Source: Fimbriosthenelais zetlandica (Eukaryota). Taken from it: a stretch of 64,000 bases of DNA. The stretch is from assembly GCA_977030845.1 (NCBI GenBank), contig OZ365116.1, forward strand, positions 14,136,001-14,200,000, read 5' to 3'. Shown here piece by piece: positions 1-12,554 of this stretch. Each line of letters opens with the position of its first letter. Positions within the stretch are counted from its first letter, which is position 1. A model generated the notes under the pieces. The model was not told the DNA's origin and ran no database searches. It worked only from the letters and a program-made list of their open reading frames with translations. A program made the position numbers and the translations under genes.

Positions 1-15
1 AAACCCTCAGGTGCG

Positions 16-220
16 GCTCTCTGATTGGCTGAGGGAATCCAGGTAGGATGGTGGGTCGGTCAAGGCGTTCGTGCCTGCATGGGGATCAGGTATAGAGCTC
101 TCTGATTGGCTGAGGGAATCCAGGTGGGAGGGTGGGTCGGTCAAGGCGTCCGTGCCTGCATGTGGATCAGGTATAGAGCTCTCTGATTGGCTAAGAGCGC
201 GGGACAGGTGGGAGGGTGTC
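16..220. repeat. 81-bp tandem repeat, about 2.5 copies, CCAAT-containing
   Basis: gctctctgattggct recurs at 16, 97 and 178 with near-identical intervening sequence. Confidence 0.9.
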
Positions 221-513
221 CGCGTGAGGCGAGCTGAATGGCTTGTTTAATCCTATTGTCATGGCTTAGCCCAGAGACAATCTAAAGTGATTGTCTTTCA
301 ATCCAAATGAATTGCTTTTATTTCGGCAGAATTTTGAGGGGAAAAACGCAAAAAGTAAGGGTTCCCGTAGGAATTTCGACTCGGGAATTTTTGCAATGGA
401 TTTGTGAGCTCGAAAACTATCTCTATGGCGCGTATGAAAAAAATCGAAGGACTTAGATGAAACACGATTTTGAGACCGAAAAAGTGGGAAAAAGAGTAGA
501 AAAAATTAAAATA

Positions 514-733
514 GCACAGCGTGAGTTGGTGACGCAGTAGGTATTAAGTCTAGGAATGTGCTTATAAATTTTGAAGGCAATCGGAGACCAAAAATTTTCG
601 AGGCAGAAAAACCAGTAAGGGGGTAACCTTATCGAAAAAAATGGCTGGGAAAAACATTTTCTCCGATTGCCTTCATATTTAATAGGCGGCTTTCTATGCT
701 TAATACCTATGGCGTCACCAAGTTACGCTGTGC
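514..733. repeat. Imperfect inverted repeat (~74-bp arms, ~72-bp spacer), core of a larger degenerate fold-back element
   Basis: Arm 514-587 (gcacagcgtgagttggtgacgc...tgaaggcaatcggaga) is the reverse complement of 660-733 (tctccgattgccttca...gcgtcaccaagttacgctgtgc), with scattered mismatches. Confidence 0.85.
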
Positions 734-1102
734 AAATCCAATTTTAAATACCTTTTTATCAGGGTTTTCTGATTTTTAGAGCGAAAAAACTTTGGTTTTC
801 ATATTGTAAAAAAAAATATATGAACATCAGCGCACTGCTTTGCTGATTCCGAATTAGTACTTCTTTTTGGTGAGAAATGAAAATTGTGACTTTTATTCGA
901 CTTTTTCTCCCCGTTTCTGCCCAATACAAAAGCAATCACAGAGGCAATCAAGCCAGTCAGGCGCGGCCTGGCTCTGGCTCGAGCTGAGCCGGGCAGGGGG
1001 ATTACCCAATTAAGATCAAAGGCTTGACTAGTTCGCCGCCCGCCCGCTCAGTGTCGCTAGTGTGCCGTGGAGGTGAGGCATAGTGGTGTAGGCTACTGGA
1101 GA

Positions 1103-1265
1103 GCTCCCACTGGTGGCTGTAGTGTACCTGCCCCCACGCGTGGTGGCGCTTTCTCCACTCACCTGTCCTAGTATGACTCGGCTATGTACGGCTGTGTGTA
1201 GGTATGCTCCCACTGGTGGCTATAATTATGGTTCAGCTGCCCGCGCGTGTGGTGGCGCTTTCTCC
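1103..1265. repeat. Direct duplication with ~103-bp period
   Basis: gctcccactggtggct...gtggtggcgctttctcc occurs at 1103 and 1206. Confidence 0.75.
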
Positions 1266-1762
1266 TCAGACATCAGGCCAAGCCATGTATGGGAAATAGT
1301 AATGGTAATGTTACAATGAACGCCAAGCCTTGAACATACCAAAATAGGAGTTTTCATGGTGGATTATTTATGAAATTAGTTATGTCTTTTTCTGCAAGGA
1401 TATTTAGGGTGCCGGAAAATAGATTTAGGATATTAATTACCCTTTCTTCCTTTGCAGTTCTCCGAAACCTCTACAGTTCTGGGATAATGGTTCGAAGTAC
1501 ATGTACCTACAAGTATTGGTTCTCTCTGCGCCGTTGATGAAGGAAATGAGAATAATTTGAAGACGGAGAACAGTGTACTTTAATTAGACGAAATATTGAA
1601 ATATTATTTTATTGTATCATATGTATGTAAGCATTATATTAGTTGTCCCATACAGGCCATCGCCACCAGGGTGGACGGAGCTTGTCCATACATAGGCCTG
1701 GCTTGACCCACATTTGACCATTCACTGACCAGGCGATCCAGTGCACCCCTTCACCCAGGCCA

Positions 1763-1834
1763 GACGGATTGGCGCGGTGGTAAGATGCTCGCTTCTGAAT
1801 CGGTCCCTCGTGGGTTCGAATCCTGCTCTGAGCT
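1763..1834 (+). mobile_element. tRNA-derived SINE head or tRNA pseudogene
   Basis: Pol III A box TGGCGCGGTGG (1770-1780) and B box GGTTCGAATCC (1813-1823) at tRNA-like spacing. The acceptor and anticodon stems do not pair, and there is no immediate poly-T terminator. Confidence 0.65.
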
Positions 1835-2106
1835 TGGAGGTATGCTTTTCACAGTCCTTGTTGCACTGGTGTCGAACCGACTCTTTCCTAGGTGATTTCC
1901 GGGAATCACTATTGGGTCTGTAGCTGTAGCGGCCAGTTGTTATCTAAGTGAGGTGGAAGTATAGTCTCTCTGCTCATCAGGTGTGTGCTCACATGGATCG
2001 CGATTGCCCGGACTGTCGCAGTTCAGGGGTTGAGGGTCTTATCATGGGCGACGCCATGAACACCTGGTGAAACTCTTTTGTGTTTATCATTAAGGATGGT
2101 TATTTG

Positions 2107-2158
2107 CCGGTAGATGGCGCCACCGTCGTTAGTTCTTAGAATTAACACCAGGTGGCGC
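2107..2158 (+). promoter_or_regulatory. Two co-oriented CTCF-consensus motifs
   Basis: CCGGTAGATGGCGC (2107-2120) matches CCRSYAGRKGGCRS 14/14; ACACCAGGTGGCGC (2145-2158) matches 13/14. Motif evidence only. Confidence 0.4.
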
Positions 2159-2335
2159 CACCGACGCTTGGTAATTAAATAATTTAAGTTAACTTGTTTG
2201 TACATGATTTTTATGAATACACAAGAAAATGAAATATATGTTTGTTGCATTTTATTTGACCTTCATACAATGTCATTGGTGGTGGGCAGGGGTACAAGAA
2301 GGGTAAGGTACAGGATCCAGGTAAGGTACAGGTAA

Positions 2336-4762
2336 ACTGAGCGTTAGTTCACGCTTCTGCCGGTGGTGGCGTCGAAGTACGGGGCGCTATCAGCTCACTC
2401 AGAGCTCACTCAGAAGTCATTTCTGGAAAAAAATAACAGTTCAAATAAGTCAAAACCCAACATACGAATAGATTAAAAGTGTATCAACAATTATACATGG
2501 AGTTTGGGACCAGGAAATGAATAAATGCTCCATAAATAATGCCTGAAGTTAGCTCCCGTTGAATTAGCACTGGTGAAATTGAGAAGATTCCAGAGTGTTT
2601 TCTGAGAGAAAATACACTTCAATGGAGTAAAAATAAAAAAAATTATGAATGGATGACAATTATATCTACCTGAATACATGACGTCTGTGGCCAGGGAACT
2701 CCTCAATATTCGATAAAAGAGGCGAAAACCCTTTTTCCATTGAGTTAGCACTGAGCGTTAGTTCACGCTTCTGCCGGTGGAGGCGTCGAAGTACGGGGCG
2801 CTATCAACTCACTCAGAGCTCACTCAGAAGTCATTTCTGAAAAAAAATAACAGTTCAAATAAGTCAAAACCCAACATACGAATAGATTAAAAGTGTATAA
2901 ACAATTATACATGGAGTTCGGGACCAGGAAATGAATAAATGCTCTATAAATAATGCCTGAAGTTTGCTCCCGTTGAATTAGCACTGGAGAAATTGAGAAG
3001 ATTCCAGAGTGTTTTCTGAGAGAAAATACACTTCAATGGAGTAAAAATACAAATTATGAATAGATGACAATTATATCTACCTGAGTACATGACGTCTGAG
3101 GCCAGGGAACTCCTCAATATTCGATAAAAGAGGCGAAAACCCTTCTTCCATTGAGTTAACACTGAGCGATAGTTCACGCTTCTGCCGGAGGTGGCGTCGT
3201 AGTACGGGGCGCTATCAGCTCACTCAGAAGCTATTTCTGAAATAAATTACAGTTCAATTAACTCAAAACCCAACATGCGAAAAGATTAAAAGTGTATCTA
3301 CAATCATAAATAAAGTTTGGGACATAACAATGGCTAGATATTTTATAAATGATGCCTGAAGTTTGCTCCCGTTGAATTAGCAATGGAGAAATTGAGAAGA
3401 TTCCAGAGTGTTTTCTGAGAGAAAATACACTTCAATGGAGTACAAATACAAATTATGAATAGATGACAATTATATCTACCTGAATACATGACGTCTGTGG
3501 CCAGGGAACCCCTCAATATTCGATAAAAGAGGCGAAAACCCTTCTTCCATTGAGTTAACACTGAGCGTTAGTTCATGCTTCTGCCGGAGGTGGCGTCGTA
3601 GTACGGGGCGCTATCAGCTCACTCAGAAGCCATTTCTGAAATAAATTACAGTTCAATTAACTCAAAACCCAACATGGGAAAAGATTAAAAGTGTATCAAC
3701 TATCATACATGGAGCTTAGGACCAAGAAATAGATAAATTATACTCTATAAATGATGCCTGAAGTTTGCTCCCGTTGAATTAGCAGTGGAGAAATTGAGAA
3801 GATTCCAGAGCGTTTTCTGAGAGAAAATACACTTCAACGGAGTCAATATACAAATGATAAATAGATGATAATTATATCTACCTGAATACATGACGTCTGA
3901 GGCCAGGGAACCCCTCAATATTCGATAAAAGAGGCGAAAACCCTTCTTCCATTGAGTTAACACTGAGCGATAGTTCACTCTTCTGCCGGAGGTGGCGTCG
4001 AAGTAAGGGGCGCTATCAGATCACTCAGAAGTCATTTCTGAAATAAATAACATTTCAAATAAGTCAAAACCCAACATACGAATAGATTAAAGGTGTATCA
4101 ACAATTATACATGGAGTTTGGGACCAGGAAATGGATAAATACTCTATAAATAATGCCTGAAGTTTGCTCCCGTTAAATTAGTACTGGAGAAATTGACAAG
4201 ATTCCAGAGTGTTTTCTGAGAGAAAATACACTTCAATGGAGTAAAAATACAAATTATGAACAGATGACAATTATATCTACCTGATGACGTCTGTGGCCAG
4301 GGAACTACTCAATATTTGATAAAAGAGGCGAAAACCCTTCTTCCATTGAGTTAGCACTGAGCGATAGTTCACGCTTCTGCCGGCGGTGCCGTCGTAGTAT
4401 GGGGCGCTAGCAGCTTCCACTCAGGAGCCATTTCTGAAATAAATTACTCTTCAATTAAGTCAAAATCCAAGATGTGAATAGATTAAAGGTGTATCTAGAA
4501 TCATACATACAGTTTGGGACCAAACAATGGCTAACTATTTCATAAATGATGCCTGAAGTTTGCTCCCGTTGAATTAGCACCAGTTGGAGAAATTAAAAAG
4601 AGTCCATAGTGAGTCAAAATATGAATAGATGAAAATTATATCAAATGAACACATGACGTCTGTGGCGCAGTATGGAGCGCTATCAGCACACACAGGAGCC
4701 ATTTCTTAAATAAATTCCAGTTCAATTAAAGACCCAAAATATGAATAGATTATAAGTGTATC
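2336..4762. repeat. Satellite-like tandem array, ~394-414-bp unit, six copies plus a truncated seventh
   Basis: The marker actgagcg(t/a)tagttca occurs at 2336, 2750, 3161, 3560, 3962 and 4356. The last unit is internally deleted, and the array ends degenerate at ~4762. Confidence 0.97.
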
Positions 4763-5652
4763 CGTATCGGCTCCAGATTTCTCCATTCTCCATTTCTCCA
4801 AGAATGTGCATCTACAGGGAAATGTGTATCAAGTAAATTTCACCCAGTCTATTAATGTTATCACTTCCAAATGTCCCATGCACCTTGGCCATAGGTAGGC
4901 GAGATGAGAATGTATGAATTGCAGGCGTCTCCACCATGCATAGGTCTACTGCCTCTCTCCACCCGACTGCCCTCCTCCTCATACACAACCTACGACACAG
5001 AAACATCCAATTCCCCCATCAATGTCAAGAGTCGATTAAATGGAAACCAAGGGCTTTAAATTTCCCACCTATATTGATATTTGAGATGTACATTTGGTAC
5101 GAGAGAACAGAATCTTCAGTCTCGACAAGGAGGAATGGACTGTTTCTCCTATAAATACTTGAGCAGATATTGAAAGGGTGTTGGCCCCACGAGAGAGTTA
5201 ATATACAGAAGCAATTTATCCCAATGACAGCTTTATGAGAGAATACTGGGCAAACCTGAGCTAATTTGCATTGATCGTTGGCGGGTTTGGGTCCATATTA
5301 TTTGTCAACAGGAGCAGAATGGGGCGTGTTTTATTAGACCTTAGCACCAGCAGCAATTTCTTGTAATTGCCCCAAGGCATGAGTGTAGGAGAGGAGAGGA
5401 AAGTGCAGACAGAGTGAATAAGTCTTTGCACTGGAGGTGGATTTTGGTGAATGGATAAGTCCATGGTGAAGGGGTCGAGAGAACCCAGGACCTGCCACTA
5501 TGATATATATAGGTGTCATCTCAGTGCCTCATTAGTACTTTTAGGCATTTATTGACACACACTAGACCTATTCTCCACGTGGAGATGGGTATGCAAATGT
5601 GGACACATTCCCACAGTAGGATTTTACCCAAAATTGGCTGACCATTGCACCA

Positions 5653-5679
5653 CCCCCTCCCCCCCCCCCCCCACCCCCC
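5653..5679. repeat. Poly-C tract
   Basis: Near-homopolymeric C run. Confidence 0.85.
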
Positions 5680-8600
5680 AATAAATAATAACAGGAAATA
5701 GTTGAGCTGCTCATCTGAGCATTTGATGATAAAATGACGAATTCTTAATTCACTATGAGAATATCAAGGATGCAGGTTACAGGTGCAAACCTTCCAAATG
5801 TCATTAATATCCATATAGTAAAATGAAATGGGATCTACATTTTTCACCAGGCTATATATGAGGAGGAAATCAGCACAGATTTCAAATCAAATTATCTGTA
5901 AGAGGAGTACATTGAGTGGTGATGATTGGAAATGAAATTATATTATCAAAAAATCTAGACAGCTTACTTTAAAACAATTATAGTTTTCCAGTAAACTTGC
6001 AGAGCAACATTTGAGTCCGCCAAAGGGTGACATGTTCAGGTGTTGGGTTACCCAGGATGGGTCAAAGTTACAAGTATCTTTATTAACCTCAGGGTCCAAT
6101 CAATGTAATATAGGGGCACCTTAATGCACATTTTCATCAAGAAGCAGACACTGTTATGTGATCAATTCTGCTCCTTTCTTTTGCCCTTAATGGAAGTTGC
6201 AATTTGGAACTGGAAATATATGTTATACAAGTTTGACCATTTTAAACATGAATCAGAATGAAGAGTTAGACTCCAGGGATGAAAAGCAATTTACCACAGG
6301 TTCCTAATATCTGTATAGACTGAACCAAGGTGTTCACAATTTCCCAATCCGTCAGGCTCTCATGATTCTGTCTTGACCTAATTGTCTGAACAGAGTGGGT
6401 TGTTTTATCAACATGCATGCGGGCCGTTCTGCTCGAGTGAACATTTTATGTGGCACGATTATTCTGCATGTTAATAAAATGTCTCATGGGATTCCCCTCC
6501 TGTCTCCCCACTACCCCATCTGAGAGCAGGAAGGTCAGGCTTCAACATGCATGCATGCCAATAACATGTGGGTTGAACACCAGTCGGGCGAGAAAGGGGT
6601 TCATTACTACTTATACTAGTAACAGTAATCTATGAGAAAAGTCTTCGGATAATTAATAAAATATTGGTCTATTCTTTAGCAAGGGCACGAAAAAATGTAT
6701 AAGGAATAAGGTCACCGCAGAATGACAATTTGGGAATAAATCTTGTATAAACAACAAGGGAAGTATTCAGTATCTATACTCAAGACAAATGGATCTTTGG
6801 AGAAAAGGCGTGTACAGGATTCTATAGATTGAGGGTTCATGGAGGGAGTAACCAGCCCCTGATAAAAGCCTTATGTATTCTCAATAAAAGACATAATTTA
6901 AAGCAAGTACTTGAGAGGAGAAAGAGATGTGGGTCTAAGTGCTTGGGCGTACTTAGGAACAATCATTGGTCTTGGAAAAGCATTAATCAAAAGCCATGTT
7001 CTGAACCCATGCTCTTAACCCCTTAAAGGTGATTCGAAGCTTGCCGCAATTCCACTCTATATTATACAAGGGTCCCAGAGTAGCAAGAGAGGATGTTGTT
7101 GCCATGGAATGTTGAAGTTGAATGTTAAAAAATTATATTATTGCAAATAAAAGAACTGAAGAACATGGAAGTCCTGCGTTATTGTCCACTGCATGCATGG
7201 GACTGTTCTACATCAATATCCCCACATTATAAGCTGCATGCTCTTGACAGTCAATCAGCAGAAATTAAAAAAATATTATCAATAAAATAATGAATGCTTC
7301 ATTAAGTTTTATTATCTCGAGAAACGTCTCTGACGTCACAAATCACAACCAAGCACCAATTAAACTCTCCGCCAAAAATCTCCGCCATCTCCTCCACCCT
7401 CATATCTCCCGCTATTCGCTTTCCATTAAATGGCGCTGATCGTTTTCCAATTTCATATTTGGCCAGTCGCTGACGGGGGACAATGTATCTGCCCAGTAAA
7501 CGATTCCCCTACTTCTCTTATCGCTCTGTCGCTGTTTGTCATCGGCGATATCCCCTCTTGTCGCCACGACAAATGCTTCTCGATAAAAATGCAAATTGAT
7601 TTTCTTGACAGGCTTGGGGCTTGTATCTAGTATAAGGAATTGGATGGGGATGGCTAATTAGATAAGCAAGGAGAGGGTCAGGCTTGGTTTTGGGCGATGG
7701 AAAAGGGAAAGTGGGGTGGAGCAAGGCGAGGTAGAGGCAGTCTCTCGTGTGACTGGCCCTTATTGGATTTTAAATTACGGCATTGTTTCTACTCGATAGA
7801 GGAATGCGTCATCGCATGGGGACATGTGGGCGTGGTGTTATCTATAAGGCTGAACAAAATACCACAATTCCCAGAACTGCATGGTCTGAAAAATATACAA
7901 CTTCATTCTCTTGCACAAGTATTTTCAAAGCTTTCAGTTCCCCAAAATAGCCATAGATAAAGTAGATTTGGAAACATCATTGTCTTGGCATGGCGTTCAG
8001 TAAAATGAAGCCTTGATAGGACATCCAGCGAAGGTCATCTCAGCATGACAATTGCTGCTTGCATTAGCATATATGATTGACAGGTCTGGACAGAACAAAT
8101 TTGTCCAAGTCAGGCGAGCCTAAAGGGGCAAGGAAGTGGGGTGAATCGTATCAATGGTCAGTTATTATCAGAGCCTAATAGAGCCTGAATACATTACCAG
8201 GCCATCGGGAACCACTTGACACAGACAAATGACCTCCATGTCAAAGTCTGCATCAGGAACAAAGCTTATTAATTGCTGAGCAACTCTGATTAATACAAAT
8301 AATACAAAACCTTATTAACACAGACAGTAGTTGATTTTTATGTAATTTAACTAACACCCCGGGGTTTAATTCATTGCCTGGCAAATGGATATTTAGCAAG
8401 AGATAATAGAGACTTCAGCCACAATTAGTACTGGCCACGTTCACAGTCCCCTGGGAAGGAATGCACTTTTCGTTTTCCCGAAATGAGGTTGAGCTGGCTC
8501 ATGCCCAACAGGGAGCTAGGGTCATACGTGTCAGCATGAAACTGTGAATTGTCACACGAGAGATGGCAAACGATGGAGAATGGAGTGGGAACGTTTGGCA

Positions 8601-11600
8601 GGTTTACGCTTTTCCTGGCAATTTTGGCCCCTTGATAACCATTCTAGAAGTGCCCAGTGACATGCTTCAGTATGCGGCTTCACCCATCAGGGCCCAGAAC
8701 CATTCCTTCTGGGTATACAAGGGAATGTGTGAGTGAGCATACACTCCTGGGTTTTGGAAGAATAAAATCAATCATTAAAGTCATTTTCACTCTCCCTATA
8801 TGAGGCACAAATGGTGGGAGAATTCCCCGAGAGTCACTTGATACAATAGCCATGCAATTTTGTGTATTTAGTACATTTGGAAAAACACTTGCCCTAAAGG
8901 AAACGTTAGGTACAACTGTATTGATCCTCCTTTGGAGCTGGCCCTCACTCACGTGAACTCTCTCATGGAATCTGGTGCATGGGGTGTGCCCCGGGCAGAC
9001 TGTGTGTAGAATGCTTGTGAAGTCTGGAGACCTCTTAGGTCTCATCACTTCATTCACCCCAACCCTCTAAAAACTAGAAAGGATCAGAAACTGTTAAAAC
9101 CCAAAGGCAATTGTAATGGGATGCGGATATGCAATGCAATTCACACTTTTACAGAGTTCTGATGACGAGTTTTTCTGTTATTAATGTTATCAGTTTAGTA
9201 CTTCATTCCGAGAGTGAAATCCTCAATGGAAGTGAGCACGATTTATCAGTGTGTGTAATAGAATTCCTCTGACATCACCTATTATTACCACCCGCCAATC
9301 AGTGCACCCAACTGGACCCTCTAACGTTTGATCTCTAATCTTCATCCACGACTTTATTTTCAACCGTTTCCAGTGCATTGCTTCCCTTACATTCCCAGCT
9401 GGGTCAGCGCCCAAACAGAGTTCATGAGAGAAGCATGGAACATGGCAACCAATCAGCATCCGGCGTCCCGTGAAATCTCGCCGGTCAGTTTATCGCGGGA
9501 TTAATCAGCAGCACGTGAATCTCCGAGATCTGGGGGCAGCTTTCTGATCAAATAAAGATTAAATAAGTGCCGCTGGCATTCATAGTTCACGGGGGTGACG
9601 GGCAAAACCAATCTCCCCAACCTGTAGAGGCACCTAATGGATTGGGTCAGTTTGACAGTTGAAAATTAGTGTCTACAGTAAGACTTCAGAAGGTTCAGAA
9701 GTTTTTCTTGCTAGAGTAGAAACATATACAGCAAAAATATGAAGGGTGGTGCTGCTGAGAAATGACGTTCAACATGACAAGGCTCAGTGTACGTCACTCC
9801 TCACGTCACCAACCAAACCAGGAGGGAATTACCATGCACATGGAACTGTTGCTCCCCAGAGATTCCGAAAGAGGAAATCTCAGGATCCTTGTAACTTCTT
9901 CCCACTCAAACTCAAAACAATATAATTAACTTGAAACAGACATGATTCAATCAGGCAAGAGTTAATTAAGTTCCCTTGTCTCGGGCAGTCTCGTACTGGC
10001 CGAGATTTCACGAGACAGTTAGGAGGCGCCCCTGGGGACAATCAAAGCTCACGAGGAATCACTTGCCGGCGTCCCGGGAGGGGGCACAAGTGGCAGGAGG
10101 AAGCCACAGAGGACATATTTGGCTCCATTTGAGAAAAAGATTGCTGGCTTTTCAAACCCAAGGCCTGGTATTAATGTGTGTGCTGCGGTGCTGATAAAAC
10201 AAGGGCCGTACCCAAGCTGAACCCTTCAGTCGACAGCCTTCTCATTGATCCTTTTTTCTCACAATGACCTCCTCTTCCTTTTGTTTCTAAATCGATAGAG
10301 CCGGGCAGCACTGTTAAGGCATGACGAGCACAGCATGCTCATCGACTCCTGGATAATATTGATCAACTAACAATCTTTTTTAAATACAGAGACAATTGGC
10401 CCTCTTATTAAAAAAAGATGCCTAAATGAATGATTGCGTTAACCAAAACCGATAAGGCTTCTTTACTTTCACCAACTGATGTGTCTTCAAAGCACCTGTA
10501 GGAGTGAGCAATATGGGGCCTGGTGAAAAAGACTTTCTAATTATTCCAAATGATTGAGAAAGTCATTCTTGTGTGGTTAAGTTAGCATGCAGGACCCAGG
10601 CAAATATTGATGGTATCTGATCATCTGGTTAATAAAAATCAACCCTGACAGATCTGGCAGGAGCGAGGTACTTAATGTAGAGTGGAAATGTGGTGAGTGG
10701 GAGAGGGGAGTGCCAATTTAAGTCTTACTCATGCCTGTTTATTTGGATTTGTGGATGAAGCCAAGACTCGAGGGCTCAACGGATTTATGAATAAGTGACT
10801 AAACCTTCCTAGAACAAGCCACCATCCAACTGTATCGGCGCACTGCAGGTTTCAGCCTCCAATCAGCCCGATGATGGATCTGTCAACTTGAAATGACAAG
10901 CGGAAGCAAGCATTTTCTCACCATCAAAGCTGGAGAGTGCCATTCAACAGTCTCAGCCCACTCCCTTCAAGAGAACAACTGGCCATTTTATAAGAAATCC
11001 ACCCGGGATAAAACAGGTCAAAGATGAAATGTCCCCTGACGGTCTCCTTGGCGGCCATCTTGGATTTGATTGATGGCAGATTAAAAAGACCGATACAGAC
11101 AGGTAGCAGGATTGAAAAGGATTTGCACATTATTTACAGATTCTTTCTTGTCAGCTGGTGCCTTGGGTTTATCATTCATAATGGTGCGCATTTTCTGATG
11201 AATATTTTATTGCTTGTGTTATCTAGAGGACAAAACTCTTAAGCAAACGGCTCTGATCGAGGCTTTGTTTCATGGCAATCATCCTTTAACTTTCGCCTTT
11301 TCTTCCATCAGGGTAACATTCTATGCTACTTTAACATTGATAAATTATAGCTGACATATATAAAGCAGAGAACAATATGAATTACATTATTCCGGCCAAC
11401 AATTTGTTGGTCACATCTCTGAGCTCTCGACCCATCCTGGTCGTGATCAGACATGGAGTAGTTAGCCGGTGTAACAGAAGAGGGCACCTATTGATACTGA
11501 CAGGCGACTGGTCATGCCGGCTGAATCATCGGTCGCGAGGTCGGTGAATCCCTCTATAAGGTAACTAACTGCTTCGGGGTCAGGAATTAAACTTAACTTC

Positions 11601-12122
11601 TGTGACCAGTGATGCTTACAGACCAACCTTCTCTAAGCCAACTCACTAGATATCATTTCCATCATCAGAAGTTTGACCATCTCCATCTAAGGATGGAATG
11701 GCAGTTGCTGTCAGAGCTGAAAAGAATCTCAATGGATTCTCTTGCAGTATCTGTGCATAGAATGTTAAATTCAGAACCCAGTACTAGTTATACTGGCAAG
11801 GCAGTCCTGACCTTTTTTACTTTTAAGCTGGAGAGAATTCTGGGGTCCATGGGAGGGTTAGATTGACAAGGCGTATCTCAACAGCACTTCTATATAGTAA
11901 GGGTGCCTGTCAACATGCCTTTGCCAGAGATATGAGTAAACAAACTGACCTGGGACATGTAAGTCCCAACATGGACTGGGCTGTGGACCTAACTTGTTTA
12001 GTGTCAACCTGCGGGAGTAGGAGACTTAGCTAAGAGATGGTGGATGAATGTCACATAGTGTGACACGTGCGTGTGAAGAATGCTCAACACCAAACATTCA
12101 TCAATGTCTATTTTGTTAGAGA

Positions 12123-12159
12123 TGACCTTTTGACCTTGACCTATTATTGTTGAAGGTCA
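12123..12159. promoter_or_regulatory. Nuclear-receptor half-site cluster (DR2 + DR0 + inverted half-site)
   Basis: TGACCT at 12123, 12131 and 12137, and AGGTCA at 12154. Confidence 0.4.
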
Positions 12160-12541
12160 CTATGGTGCTGCCTGATGGTAGCTGGAATTGATGGTAGAGG
12201 TTAGGATTGATAAGTGAAATGTGGAAGCTGACTTTAGGCTGTCAAATTCTATGCATGGTGGACTACATTGTCATAAGTCCTTCGGCCTATTGGGATAATG
12301 TTGCTTATAGAAGTCAATTCCCGCCTGAGGGATTAATTACTTGACCACCAAACTCATCCTATTAAAGGAATTATATGCAACACGTTTTTAAGGGAAGCAG
12401 TACCTACTATGGGTGCTACACCTCTTTAAGGAAGCAGCAGATTTTAGCAATGTGGTAGCTGAAGTCCATCTTACAAAAAACAGTTGTCTTTCCTTGAGGG
12501 CATGCACCTTAATACTGTCCATGTGAATAGACTCTTGGCGG

Positions 12542-12554
12542 TGACCTTTGACCT
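12542..12554 (-). promoter_or_regulatory. Perfect DR1 element
   Basis: TGACCT-t-TGACCT. Confidence 0.35.

Noticed and set aside
1763-1834. Functional tRNA gene
   Set aside because: A and B boxes are present, but the acceptor and anticodon stems do not base-pair; recorded as SINE/pseudogene instead.
2491-3978. Four similar minus-strand ORFs (MLTQWKKGFRLFYRILR...) suggesting a tandem gene family
   Set aside because: They are translations of the satellite unit. Lengths and stops vary, unit 5 has a 5-nt frameshifting deletion (ctacctga[ataca]tgacg), and there is no recognisable protein similarity.
2336-4762. CRISPR-like array
   Set aside because: Whole ~400-bp units are repeated with no unique spacers, no cas genes are present, and the context is eukaryotic.
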